Shown here piece by piece: positions 48,607 to 59,368 of a stretch of DNA of 64,000 bases. The number at the start of each line of letters is the position of its first letter. Position 1 is the first letter of the stretch. The stretch covers positions 30,658-94,657 of the forward strand of contig CAYQCW010000004.1 in the NCBI GenBank assembly GCA_964416155.1, in the 5' to 3' direction. The stretch comes from an uncultured Nitrososphaerota archaeon. Its GTDB lineage: Archaea; Thermoproteota; EX4484-205; JAAOZP01. The notes below the pieces were generated by a model. That model worked only from the letters and a program-made list of their open reading frames with translations, was not told the origin of the DNA and searched no databases. The translations under genes were made by a program, and so were the position numbers.

Positions 48607-50385
48607 TTGGTTAGAGTAGCCGTAGTAGACAGGGACTCCTGCAAACCCGAGAAGTGCGGAAAACCCTGCAGGAAATACTGTCCAATAGTTAGAATAGGCC
48701 AGGAGGCAATATACTTCGTTGAGGATGAGAATCCTCCTGTGATTAACGAGTACCTGTGCAGCGGATGCTGCATATGCGTTAAGAAGTGTCCTTTCAATGC
48801 CATATGGGTGGTAAACCTTCCTGATGAGCTTGAGAAAAAGGTTTTCCACAGGTATGATGTTAACGCTTTCAAGCTCTATGGTTTTCCAGTTCTCTCTAAG
48901 GATGCTGTTACAGGCATTCTTGGTGAAAACGGAATAGGCAAGTCGACGGTGTTGAAGATAATCAGCGGTATTGTTAAGCCTAATCTGGGCAGGGTTGGTG
49001 AAGACGTGGATGTGAATGAAATCCTGTCTTTCCTAAGGGGGAATGTTTCGTTCAACTTGGTTGAAGACATTTTCAAGGGTAGGGTTAGATGCATCTATAA
49101 GCCACAGTACCTAGACGATATTCCCAGGATTATCGGAGGTAAAAGCGTCAGGGAAACGCTTGAGAAGGTGGACGAGAAAGGAGTTTTAAACGAGGTTCTG
49201 GAAAAACTGGATCTGAAAAGCATCGTTGACAACAAGGTTAACAGCCTGAGCGGTGGGGAACTGCAGAGGCTGGCTGTGGCAGCAGCCTTCATGAGAAGGG
49301 GAGACGTGTACTTGTTCGACGAGCCCTCGAGCTTCCTAGACGTGAAGCAGCGTCTCAAGGTGGCTGAGCTAATATCCTCTTTGAAAGAGGATGGTAAGAT
49401 AGTCGTGGTTGTGGAGCATGATCTCACGCTGCTCGACTATCTTGCCGACTATCTCGTCATAATCTACGGGCAGCCATCTGTTTACGGTATTGTCTCACAG
49501 GTTCTCTCAGCACGCGTCGGAATAAACTCCTACTTGGAAGGATACATAAGGCAGGAGAACATTCGTTTCAGGAGGGACAGGATAAGGTTTCATGCTCACA
49601 GCCCGGCGGAAGAGTCTCCAGCATTGAAAATGTTTGAATGGCCATCTATACGGGTTTCGCTAGGAGGCTTCACTCTTAAGGCTGAGAAGGGCTTCATAGG
49701 GGTTGGGGAAGTCATAGGCATAGCCGGCCCAAACGGGATAGGTAAGACAACGATGTTGAAAGAACTGTTGAAATATTTCTCCGGCGGAGAATCATTGTCT
49801 GACAGCGTTCTGGCTAAGAGAATAGGATACAAGCCGCAGTATGTCTCCGGCATGTTTAACGGGGTTGTAAGCGACCTTTTGAAAGAGGCTTACGGGGGCG
49901 ATGTGCCCGAGGTTCTTGAAAGCGAGCTGGTAAAGCCCCTTAAGCTAGACAGGCTTCATGATAGGCTTGCTGAAACCCTTAGCGGCGGCGAGCTTCAAGC
50001 GCTTGCAATAGCAATAGCTCTCTTAAAGGATTCTCCGATATACTTCTTAGACGAGCCATGCGCGTACTTGGATGTTGAGCAGAGGCTTGTCGTTATACGT
50101 GCGATACGCCATGCCGTCATGACTAAAAAGGCTTCAGCATTCATTGTTGAACACGATGTTGTCGCCCTAGACTTTCTTTCAGACAGGCTCATCTTCATTC
50201 AGGGTGAACCTGGTGTCCAGGGATATGCCTCTGAACCATTGAATGTCGCCGAGGGCATGAACAGCCTTCTCAAGTATCTGGATGCGACTCTTAGAAGGGA
50301 GCCTGAAAACCTCCGTCCTAGGATAAACAAGAAGGATTCTAAGACGGACAGGCTTCAAAGGGCTCAGGGAAAGTATTACTATTAG
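48607..50385 (+). CDS. rli: Ribosome recycling ATPase ABCE1/RLI
   Basis: N-terminal Fe-S Cys motifs and two ABC domains (GENGIGKS, GPNGIGKT, LSGGELQ twice). Confidence 0.97.
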   Translation: MVRVAVVDRDSCKPEKCGKPCRKYCPIVRIGQEAIYFVEDENPPVINEYLCSGCCICVKKCPFNAIWVVNLPDELEKKVFHRYDVNAFKLYGFPVLSKDAVTGILGENGIGKSTVLKIISGIVKPNLGRVGEDVDVNEILSFLRGNVSFNLVEDIFKGRVRCIYKPQYLDDIPRIIGGKSVRETLEKVDEKGVLNEVLEKLDLKSIVDNKVNSLSGGELQRLAVAAAFMRRGDVYLFDEPSSFLDVKQRLKVAELISSLKEDGKIVVVVEHDLTLLDYLADYLVIIYGQPSVYGIVSQVLSARVGINSYLEGYIRQENIRFRRDRIRFHAHSPAEESPALKMFEWPSIRVSLGGFTLKAEKGFIGVGEVIGIAGPNGIGKTTMLKELLKYFSGGESLSDSVLAKRIGYKPQYVSGMFNGVVSDLLKEAYGGDVPEVLESELVKPLKLDRLHDRLAETLSGGELQALAIAIALLKDSPIYFLDEPCAYLDVEQRLVVIRAIRHAVMTKKASAFIVEHDVVALDFLSDRLIFIQGEPGVQGYASEPLNVAEGMNSLLKYLDATLRREPENLRPRINKKDSKTDRLQRAQGKYYY

Positions 50386-50419
50386 TGTTTTTCAAAAGGG
50401 TTAAGTTTTTAAACAATAG

Positions 50420-51130
<711 letters not shown>

Positions 51131-51165
51131 GTCCAGCTGGTTTATTAATCCGCAAAACTCGTTAA

Positions 51166-51641
51166 CTATTTTCTGAAGGTTTTCTCCATCCCATAATTAT
51201 AAATTTTGAAACCGAGCTTCCTGTAAAGCTTAACCGCTGCCTTGTTCTCTTTCAACACGCTAAGCCTAACAGCGTTCACGCCTCCAGCCTTCAAGGTTTT
51301 CAAGCTTTCAACAACCAGCTTCTTGCCCACACTTCTCCTGCGAAACCCTGGCGATACGTAGAGGTTGTCTATAGTGCCGATGGGTCTGTAAACATTAAGA
51401 GGATAGTCAGGAAAAGAGCCCTGTATAAACCCCACGGGCTTATTGTTTATCTTAGCAACGAAAAGGAAGGTTTTTCCACTTGCTAAACTGCCGCGGATAA
51501 AACTAACCATCTATTAGCGTTCTCTTTCGAAGGCAATATGAGACGCTCAACCTTAAAAATTTCACGGGCTAGGCTTAACCATAATTGCTTTAACAAGTCG
51601 TCAACATTCTCCGCCTCATACTTGCAGATTTCTATAAACAA
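51166..51641 (-). pseudogene. GNAT acetyltransferase with a single-base deletion
   Basis: TTG at 51641 frame (…ENANRW) joins VSFIRG only with one more G at about 51508; YVSPGFRRRSVG and AVKLYRKLGF motifs; span 476 nt = 3n-1. Confidence 0.75.
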
Positions 51642-51751
51642 CGGTCAACACTAAAATATGGTTAAGATATAAAGATTCCGAGTTTCAGAGGATTTTAAAA
51701 AGCTAGCGGCACGATGTTTAGGCTTAAGGCGTTACTACCTCGTATTCCTCT

Positions 51752-52305
51752 TCGTTGCGCGAGGTCGCGAAAAAGAGGCTATGAGGCTGTTGGGCTAGAT
51801 TCAAGCCCTTAGATGCTCACTATTTGCGGCGAAAGGCGAAGGAGGAGGGTTTAAAAATAGAGACGTTGCGGGCAGACATGTATGGTTTCAGGCTGAAGAG
51901 AAAGGCGGATTTCGCCTTCATAATGATGGGTTCATTCAACGCGGGCTCGAACGACGAGCTTAGCCATCTGGCTTCTGTAGTGCGTTCTCTTTAAAAGGGT
52001 GGGCTTTATTTCATTCAAAACATGGCTGTAGACTGGACGCAAAACGCGGAACAGAGCTGGACGATGGAAAGGGATGGAATAACCGTTAAAACAACCTATA
52101 GTACTAGCGCGCTTTATACGGAAAAGATTACTCTGAAGGTAAATGACCATGGAAGACTGCTGAAGCTCGAGGATGAGGAGGACTTGTAGTTCTTTTCCCA
52201 CAGGGATTCAAGATGCTTATAAGGCTGAACGGGAAATTCGAGTTCCTAGGCTGGTGGGAGGAATCTGAAAGCAGATGGTTCCTAGACAGGACTCGAGAAG
52301 GCTGA
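51752..52305 (+). pseudogene. Class I SAM methyltransferase remnant
   Basis: Reconstructs to KRGYEAVGLDSSP*ML, ADMYGFRL, SL*KGGLY, FPQGF; two in-frame stops plus frameshifts. Confidence 0.7.
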
Positions 52306-52424
52306 GAAACCGGGAAACATTAACATGGTTCTTCTGAGAAGAAAATATTTTTCTATGAGCATTAACACTACTGTTCTATCATCTACTCCGCCGGTTGCAT
52401 ATTTTTATCTGCTAGAGTTAAAAA

Positions 52425-52500
52425 CGGGCCCGCTGGGATTTGAACCCAGGTTCTCCGGCTCCGCAGGCCGACGCCTTTATCCTGGCTTGGCCACGGGCCC
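52425..52500 (-). tRNA. tRNA-Arg(GCG)
   Basis: Cloverleaf with anticodon loop CTGCGGA. Confidence 0.95.
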
Positions 52501-52526
52501 TTTAAAAGTTTCGACGTAGGGCTTAT

Positions 52527-54425
52527 TTAAACTTCATTCAGCTTCTCAATCCCCGTTATTTCAAACGCGTTGCCCATGGTTATCACGAAGGCTTTAACCA
52601 GCGCCAGCCTGTCCATTCTGATGTCTTCGCCCGTTATCACGGGACACTTCTCGTAGAAACTGTTGAACATGTCTGCAAGATGCCTCATGTATACTGCGAT
52701 AATGTTCGGCGCCAGTGTTTCACTAGCCATGTTTAAAATCCATGAGAATTTGCCTATCTGCCTAACCAAGCTCAGTTCCTCAGAAGTGTTGAAGAAGACC
52801 TCGGTCAGACTGTTCACGTCGACACCTGCTTTCTCAAGTATTCTGCATGCTCGAGCATAGGTGTATTGAAGATATGGGGCAGTGTCGCCCTCTAGCCTCG
52901 TAGCGTCCTTAACGTCGAAAACTATAATGTTGTTCTTATCAGTCTTGAAGAGCGAGTATCTTATGGATGCGACGCTCAGATGAGTGCTAACGCTCCTAAT
53001 CCATTCCTCATCTTTAGACGGGTTTCTCCTCCGGGTTTCCCCATAAACCTTCTGAAACACCGTTTTAAGAAGGTCGTCAGCATTGAAAACTATTCCTTTC
53101 CTACCGGACATGTGAACCATCTTTCTTTCCCTCAACTCCTCGACCCCCGTCAGCTCGCTGGCCGTCTCTCCGGAGAGGGCGACAACCTCGTAGAGATATG
53201 GGAGATACTTTTTCTCAGGCGGGGCTCCAAGCTTTCTCAAAGCATGCTCAACCACTTTCTGCGGGTACTCTTGCCTCTTGTCAACAACCGTTATTGCCAA
53301 GTCTGCTCCACGGTAATCGTATTCCTCCCCGTCCCAGTGCGTCGTTAAAAGGATCCTCCCGTTCGGCTGCTCAACCCATTTCTTCACCCTGAACCTCCTC
53401 GACGTCAAGCCGAGCTTCCACGCTGCGTAAGCAATATCCTTTCCCACGTAGGTGGCGGTACCGTCTGACCTCACGAGGACCTCGTCGGGCGCCTTAAGCC
53501 TGCTGAACTCTTCAACATCCCTGAGCCTGATCATTAAACACCCCTTGTTTTCACCCTCCTCTTCCAAGTAGGCTTCACCACTGTTTTTCAACTCGTTCAC
53601 AGCCCACTCGAATATTCCTGACCTCAACACGTCCGTCTCCCAGTTTAGCAAGTCGTAAAATATTCTGAAGCCCCAAGCAGTTTCAAGCTGGCATTCAACA
53701 ACCTTCTCCGAGAAAAACCTGGCGAAATCAGCCACGTCGTTCCCACCTTCCTCAATCCTTCTTATTATCTTGCTCCTCAGCCTCCTAAGCCCCTCATCCT
53801 TCTCAATCTTCTTACTATACTCGGCGTAAACCCTGCCGCTGTACTCGTCGAACCTTGTGCCCTCCGGAGGCTCCAGAGGCGTCTTCATAAAGTAGTGGGC
53901 GAGAATATTATCGGCAACCTGGGAGCCGCTGTCGTCAATATAGTTTACAACAGTTACCTCGTGACCCAGAAACCTTAGGAGCCTCGCCAAAACGTCTCCG
54001 ATTACAGCGTTCCTCAGCGTCCCGACGTGAAGAGCCTTATTCGGGTTAGAATTAGTATGTTCTATGAGTATTTTCCTACTGGCGACAGGAAACTTTCCGT
54101 AATCATCGCGTTTAGAAAGAGCCTCGTTCAACACTTTGACGGAGTATTTCACTGGGTCGAAGCGGAAATCGATGAAGCCGTTCACGTTTTCAACACGCTT
54201 CAAAACCTCCATCTTGCTCGCGTCTATGGCTGCTATAATCCTGTCAGCCGTCTCCACAGGGTTTAAACCGTGTTTCCTAGCCAAGTCGAAGGCCACGGGG
54301 GTTGCAAGGTCGCCGAGCTCAGGGATGGGCGGCTCCTCAACCCTAGCCCTGGCAGTAAACCCGAGTCTTTCCAGCGCCTGGTCCACTTGAACCCTTATTC
54401 TTTCAGCCTCCTCCAGAAACCCCAT
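52527..54425 (-). CDS. argS: Arginyl-tRNA synthetase
   Basis: EHTNSNPNKALHVG, MSGRKG, GDTAPYLQYTYARA. Confidence 0.96.
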   Translation of the reverse strand: MGFLEEAERIRVQVDQALERLGFTARARVEEPPIPELGDLATPVAFDLARKHGLNPVETADRIIAAIDASKMEVLKRVENVNGFIDFRFDPVKYSVKVLNEALSKRDDYGKFPVASRKILIEHTNSNPNKALHVGTLRNAVIGDVLARLLRFLGHEVTVVNYIDDSGSQVADNILAHYFMKTPLEPPEGTRFDEYSGRVYAEYSKKIEKDEGLRRLRSKIIRRIEEGGNDVADFARFFSEKVVECQLETAWGFRIFYDLLNWETDVLRSGIFEWAVNELKNSGEAYLEEEGENKGCLMIRLRDVEEFSRLKAPDEVLVRSDGTATYVGKDIAYAAWKLGLTSRRFRVKKWVEQPNGRILLTTHWDGEEYDYRGADLAITVVDKRQEYPQKVVEHALRKLGAPPEKKYLPYLYEVVALSGETASELTGVEELRERKMVHMSGRKGIVFNADDLLKTVFQKVYGETRRRNPSKDEEWIRSVSTHLSVASIRYSLFKTDKNNIIVFDVKDATRLEGDTAPYLQYTYARACRILEKAGVDVNSLTEVFFNTSEELSLVRQIGKFSWILNMASETLAPNIIAVYMRHLADMFNSFYEKCPVITGEDIRMDRLALVKAFVITMGNAFEITGIEKLNEV

Positions 54426-54464
54426 TCTACAGACGGTTTTAAAGCAGAACAGGGTTAATAAGGA

Positions 54465-55010
54465 TTAACGGTGGTAAACCGGCTGCTGGATTTTCAGCTT
54501 TTCTTTCAGCCTCCACTTTGATGCCAGCTTTTCAAAATCCTTTTTGAAAACCTTTCTGAGGTAAGGCAGGTAGAAGTTTATTTCTTCACCAGTCATGTAT
54601 TGAAACTGGTACTCACCCTCGTATGGAGAAGGCTCTCCAGCCCTGGTTATGAACTCTAGGTGCATGAAGGGGTCTCCCTTTTTAACCACTACGGGTTCCC
54701 TTTCGTTGTTCAGGTTCACAATCTCCAGTGCAAGCCTCCCAACGAAGCCGCTGTGAACCTTGGCCGCGTTTAAAAAGGACAGGCCTGCTCTGCCGTAACG
54801 GCTTTTAGCAGTAAGGTGTGCGACAATGTTTGGCGGCGTGAAAACTATCTCGTTAGATATCACGTTCTTATGCTCCAAGTATTGAAGCTTAACATCGTCC
54901 ATCACTGTTAAAACATACCCGTCTCCATCCATGTACTTTTCGTCGAACGGGTGTATTATCGGCATTCTCTTCACCATTCTAAGCAGCTCGCTTTTCCCCA
55001 GTATGCTCAT
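54465..55010 (-). CDS. dCTP deaminase/trimeric dUTPase family protein
   Basis: AKSRYGRAGL, HSGFVGRLALEIVN, YEGEYQFQ. Confidence 0.8.
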   Translation of the reverse strand: MSILGKSELLRMVKRMPIIHPFDEKYMDGDGYVLTVMDDVKLQYLEHKNVISNEIVFTPPNIVAHLTAKSRYGRAGLSFLNAAKVHSGFVGRLALEIVNLNNEREPVVVKKGDPFMHLEFITRAGEPSPYEGEYQFQYMTGEEINFYLPYLRKVFKKDFEKLASKWRLKEKLKIQQPVYHR

Positions 55011-55032
55011 CAGCCTTTAGGCTCAGGGGACA

Positions 55033-55929
55033 CTAATATAAATTTTCAATAAGCCTTTTCAGCTTCCTAACCCTGTCTTCAACCTCGTCAACGCTGAAGT
55101 CGAAGAAGAGTCCTGTTTTCTCAGCCTTAATGCTTGAGCAGGCTGCCGCGTAAAGACTTGACTCCAGCAGGCTTCCTGTTTCAAGATGCTTCGCAAGGAA
55201 AACAGCCGCGTAAACATCCCCCGCACCAGTCGGGTCAAGCGTTTCCACGCTGAAAACAGGCATGTAGAAACACCCCTGCTTGTAAACAATCATGGAGCCG
55301 TGTTCAGAGTTAGTCAGCTCAACAATCATCCTTGGGTTGATTTCGAAAAGCTCCTTAACGTCACGGTTCAAGAAGAAAAACTGCTCGTCAACATTCATGT
55401 GAACATAGTCCACCCTGCTTAGAGCATCCTCGGGAAGCATTCTCTTAACGTGTTTAACACACCCGTCGACACCGCTAGTTCTGATGAACCCCTGCGCGTC
55501 AACAGAAAGCCTGAAGTCTGCCTCCTTAAACTCCTTGAAAAAACTATGGTCAACCTCGTTTAAAACAGGTGTAACATGTATAGCGTCAAACCCTATAAGC
55601 CTACTCCTTTCAACAACAATCTTTCTAGAAGGCTCTCCAGACGTCTTCTGAATCCTAGAGGAATCCTGGTAAACATTTTCAAACAGGATGCTTCTATCAA
55701 GCTCCGTAACGTAAACCTCGACACCCTTCTGCTTAAGACTCTCCACCCACTCCGGGTTCATATCCGGCCCGTAGGCTGTGAAAAGAACTGTTTCAACACC
55801 TATTCTAGAGAGGCTGAGCGAAGAGTAGAATCCTCCCCCACCCATGTAACTGTAGGATCCGCCCCTGCTCCTGTTAACGTCTATCGTTAAAGCACCTATC
55901 ACGCCGATTCTATGAGGCATCCTAGACAT
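55033..55929 (-). CDS. PfkB-family carbohydrate kinase
   Basis: GGGGFY, DPTGAGDVYAAVF. Confidence 0.9.
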   Translation of the reverse strand: MSRMPHRIGVIGALTIDVNRSRGGSYSYMGGGGFYSSLSLSRIGVETVLFTAYGPDMNPEWVESLKQKGVEVYVTELDRSILFENVYQDSSRIQKTSGEPSRKIVVERSRLIGFDAIHVTPVLNEVDHSFFKEFKEADFRLSVDAQGFIRTSGVDGCVKHVKRMLPEDALSRVDYVHMNVDEQFFFLNRDVKELFEINPRMIVELTNSEHGSMIVYKQGCFYMPVFSVETLDPTGAGDVYAAVFLAKHLETGSLLESSLYAAACSSIKAEKTGLFFDFSVDEVEDRVRKLKRLIENLY

Positions 55930-56103
55930 TTAGACGAAGAAACAGGTTAAGCCCCCTATTTAACCACTATCAGCATTAGGTAGGAGCCTCCATCTAAAAG
56001 CTTAAAAAACCTTCTGGCTAAACCATTGGTTAAAATTTTTCCACTCTAAAGGCCCAGGGTTAGGGCAAAGTGTATAAGCCAGTGTTTTCCAGCTTCCCCG
56101 GGG

Positions 56104-56682
56104 ATGATGAGGATGGTGAAAACAAGCAGGATTGTTGAAATAAGGTGGCACGGCAGGGGCGGTCAGGGAGTTGTCCTAGCAAACCAGCTGATAGGAATGG
56201 CTCTCTTCGAAGAAGGCAAAAACATACAGACTTTCCCGGATTTCGGACCGGAGAGGACCGGTGGGCCGGTGAGGGGCTACACGCGTTTCTCAGAGGACCC
56301 TATAGACATACATTCCTCAGTATACGAGCCGGATATTCTGGCGGTTATAGACCCTTACTTGGCTGAGGATCCAAGCGTCTACGCAGGCCTTAAGCCGGAG
56401 GGTGTCGCGGTAGTCAACTCAGCTAAAAACCCTGGGGACCTGAGGAGGAAACTGGGTTTAAACGTTAAGACCCTGGGCGTCGTAGACGCCGCTAGGATCT
56501 CGAAGGAAGTTTTCGGAGCTTATGTTTTCAACACGCCTGTCCTAGGCGGCCTAGTGGGGCTGACGAGCATAGTTAGGCTTGAGACACTTGAAAAACTGTT
56601 TTTAAACAGGTTTCCGGGCAGGGTTGGGGAGCTGAACGTGAAAATGCTTAAGAGGGGGTATGAGGAGGTGGCGGCCCAATGA
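56104..56682 (+). CDS. porG: 2-oxoacid (pyruvate-type):ferredoxin oxidoreductase gamma subunit
   Basis: HGRGGQG, FGPERTGGPV, NTPVLG. Confidence 0.93.
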   Translation: MMRMVKTSRIVEIRWHGRGGQGVVLANQLIGMALFEEGKNIQTFPDFGPERTGGPVRGYTRFSEDPIDIHSSVYEPDILAVIDPYLAEDPSVYAGLKPEGVAVVNSAKNPGDLRRKLGLNVKTLGVVDAARISKEVFGAYVFNTPVLGGLVGLTSIVRLETLEKLFLNRFPGRVGELNVKMLKRGYEEVAAQ

Positions 56683-56957
56683 GTACAACCGTAACCTGGA
56701 GAGAGATAGACCTGGGTGGAAGCGTCGCCGGCGGAACAAGCGAGAAGTATAAGACCGGCAACTGGAGGGTTGAAAGGCCAGTCATAGACTATGAGAAGTG
56801 CGTGAGATGCTTGATATGCTGGCTCTACTGTCCTGAGCCCGCGATAATTAGAAACGGGAGCGGGGTCAAGATAGACTACGACTATTGCAAGGGCTGCGGA
56901 ATATGTGCCGAAGAATGTCCAAAGAAAGCGATAACAATGGTTCCGGAGGAGATTTAG
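56679..56957 (+). CDS. porD: 2-oxoacid:ferredoxin oxidoreductase delta subunit
   Basis: KTGNWR, two CxxCxxCxxxCP motifs. Confidence 0.93.
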   Translation: MSTTVTWREIDLGGSVAGGTSEKYKTGNWRVERPVIDYEKCVRCLICWLYCPEPAIIRNGSGVKIDYDYCKGCGICAEECPKKAITMVPEEI

Positions 56958-56958
56958 A

Positions 56959-58155
56959 ATGATGATGGAAGCCTTAGCAAGGCAACACAGGATCGCGTTA
57001 ACCGGGAATGACGCTGTAGCCTACGCGGTTAAACAGGCTAACGTCGACGTGATAAGCGCATACCCGATAACCCCGCAGACATTCGTCGTCGAAGCGCTTT
57101 CAAGGTACGTGAACGACGGCGAGCTGAACGCAAAGTTCATAAACGTGGAGTCTGAGCACTCCGCCCTCTCAGCAGTAATAGGGGCATCGCTAGCGGGGGC
57201 TAGAACGTTCACAGCGACAGCAAGCCAGGGCCTCGCCTACATGTGGGAAGCGCTTTACGCAGCATCAGGATTAAGGCTGCCGATAGTCATGGCTTTAGCG
57301 GCGAGAGCATTGTCGGCACCGATAAACATTCACAACGATCATTCAGACTTCTTCGGAATGAGGGATGCAGGCTGGATAATGTTCAACGGCGAGGAGGCGC
57401 AGGAAACCTACGACCTCACAATTATGGCTTTCAAAGTCGCTGAAGACCCCAGAGTACTTCTGCCGGTCGTAGTCTCGTACGACGGCTTCATAGTCTCACA
57501 CGCGATAACCAACTTCTACGCTTTAAACGACGACGTCATCAAAGAATTCTTGGGTGTGAGAACAACCGGGCCAAAAATAGACCCGGAAAACCCGAGAACC
57601 TTCGGCGTCCTCGCCCTTCAAGACTCCAACTTCGAGTTTAAAAGACAACAGTACGAGGCGATGGAGAACTCTAGGCAAGTAATAAAAGAAGTATTCCAGA
57701 AATACGGAGAGATCTCCGGCAGGAACTACAAGCCTCTGAAAGAATACATGACGAGCGACGCGGAAACCTGCATAGTGGCAATGGGAAGCACAGTCGGAAC
57801 AGCTAGACACGCGGTTAAAAACCTCAGGGAAGCAGGCGAGAAAGTAGGCGTAGTGGGGATACTTCAATACAGACCTTGGCCGGTTAAAGAGGCTGAACAA
57901 CTATTCGCAAGGTTCAGAAGAATCATCATCATGGAGAAGGTGATGAGCCCGGGAGCAAGAGCAGGGCCAGTCTACGAGGATATCGCTGCAACACTATACT
58001 CCAACTGCAACGTTAAAATGATAGACTTCACATACGGTCTCGGCGGGAGAGACATCTCAACACAGGGAATCATAGAAATCTACAAAAAGGGCAAGGAGCT
58101 CATAGACAAGGGTAAAACAGACAGGGTCTACTTCCACGGGGTGAGAGGAGAATGA
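56959..58155 (+). CDS. porA: 2-oxoacid:ferredoxin oxidoreductase alpha subunit
   Basis: YPITPQT, ESEHSA, TASQGL, RALSAPINIHNDHSD. Confidence 0.95.
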   Translation: MMMEALARQHRIALTGNDAVAYAVKQANVDVISAYPITPQTFVVEALSRYVNDGELNAKFINVESEHSALSAVIGASLAGARTFTATASQGLAYMWEALYAASGLRLPIVMALAARALSAPINIHNDHSDFFGMRDAGWIMFNGEEAQETYDLTIMAFKVAEDPRVLLPVVVSYDGFIVSHAITNFYALNDDVIKEFLGVRTTGPKIDPENPRTFGVLALQDSNFEFKRQQYEAMENSRQVIKEVFQKYGEISGRNYKPLKEYMTSDAETCIVAMGSTVGTARHAVKNLREAGEKVGVVGILQYRPWPVKEAEQLFARFRRIIIMEKVMSPGARAGPVYEDIAATLYSNCNVKMIDFTYGLGGRDISTQGIIEIYKKGKELIDKGKTDRVYFHGVRGE

Positions 58156-59099
58156 GCAAGCTTAACCAAGTAGCGAAAATATCTGATCTGCCCGAAGACT
58201 CAAAATTCAGGCCAGGACACAGACTCTGTGCAGGATGCGGCCCAGCAATAACCGTGAAACTAATAACACTCGCCGTCCCGGAAGCAATAATAGTGAACTC
58301 AACAGGCTGCGTCGAAGTCGGAACAACAATCTACCCTTACTCCGCATGGAAAACACCATGGGTTCATGTGCTCTTCCAGAACAACGCTCCAGTCGCATCA
58401 GGCATAGCCGCAGCACTTGAAAAACTCTCGGTAGAAGGGAGGGCTAAGAAAATCCCCGTCATAGCACTTGGAGGAGACGGCTCAGCATTCGACATAGGAC
58501 TGGGAGCAATATCAGGTGCACTCGAAAGATTAGACAAAATTACATATATATGTTATGATAACTTTGCGTACATGAATACTGGAATCCAACGTTCAGGAGC
58601 TACTCCTTTGGGTGTTGCGACTACTACGAGTCCTGCCGGCAGGGTGATTCCGGGTAAGCAGGAGAACAAGAAGGATTTGATCGGCATTGTCGCTTCACAC
58701 CATATTCCTTATGCTGCCACTGCGACATTTTGGCTTTGGCGCGACATGGTTAACAAGATTCGTAAGGCTGTCAGCTATAATGAGCAGGGATCCGCGTTCC
58801 TTCATATTCTTGCTCCATGCCAGTTCGGCTGGCGTTATGAGCCGCATTTAACGGTTAAGGTTTCCCGGATGGCTGTTGAAACAAGGCTGTTCCCTGTTTA
58901 TGAGGTTGAGGATGGTCAGCTAAGAATTAACTATAGGGTTTCTAAACCAATGCCGGTTGAGGAGTTCTTGAAGATCCAGAGGTGGTCTCGTCATCTTCTC
59001 GAACCCAAGAATGCTGATGCTCTTCAACGTCTTAAGAACTGGATTGAGTGGAACTGGCAGCGCTTGGAGAACCTGGAGAAGGCTGGCAAAGTATTCTAG
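58152..59099 (+). CDS. porB: 2-oxoacid:ferredoxin oxidoreductase beta subunit
   Basis: GHRLCAGCG, GGDG, YDNFAYMNTGIQRS; substrate could be pyruvate or ketoisovalerate. Confidence 0.95.
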   Translation: MSKLNQVAKISDLPEDSKFRPGHRLCAGCGPAITVKLITLAVPEAIIVNSTGCVEVGTTIYPYSAWKTPWVHVLFQNNAPVASGIAAALEKLSVEGRAKKIPVIALGGDGSAFDIGLGAISGALERLDKITYICYDNFAYMNTGIQRSGATPLGVATTTSPAGRVIPGKQENKKDLIGIVASHHIPYAATATFWLWRDMVNKIRKAVSYNEQGSAFLHILAPCQFGWRYEPHLTVKVSRMAVETRLFPVYEVEDGQLRINYRVSKPMPVEEFLKIQRWSRHLLEPKNADALQRLKNWIEWNWQRLENLEKAGKVF

Positions 59100-59368
59100 A
59101 GACTCTTTCCCAAGTTTTTTTAATTTCTAAAGTGTTTAGACGTGTTTCTCTAAAATTTGTCCATGCGTCAGGTTTTCCTCAGAAGCCGGTTAATGTTTTA
59201 AACGGCTGTGAAAATCGAAACGGATGGCTCCACCCTAAAATAAACCTTTAATACTATACTGTTTCCATGGCTAGTGAAACTTGAACAGTTGGATAGTAAC
59301 CATGGTCCACTGCTTCTGTTATACTCAAATACTACTGTCTGGCGGGAATCTATGGTTACCACGTATAG

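Noticed and set aside
48420-48872. Poly-Ser ORFs on the minus strand
   Set aside because: Antisense shadow of the acidic micro-protein and of rli.
59100-59368. Short inverted repeat GTAACCAT/ATGGTTAC downstream of porB
   Set aside because: An 8-bp match about 50 nt apart is within chance expectation.
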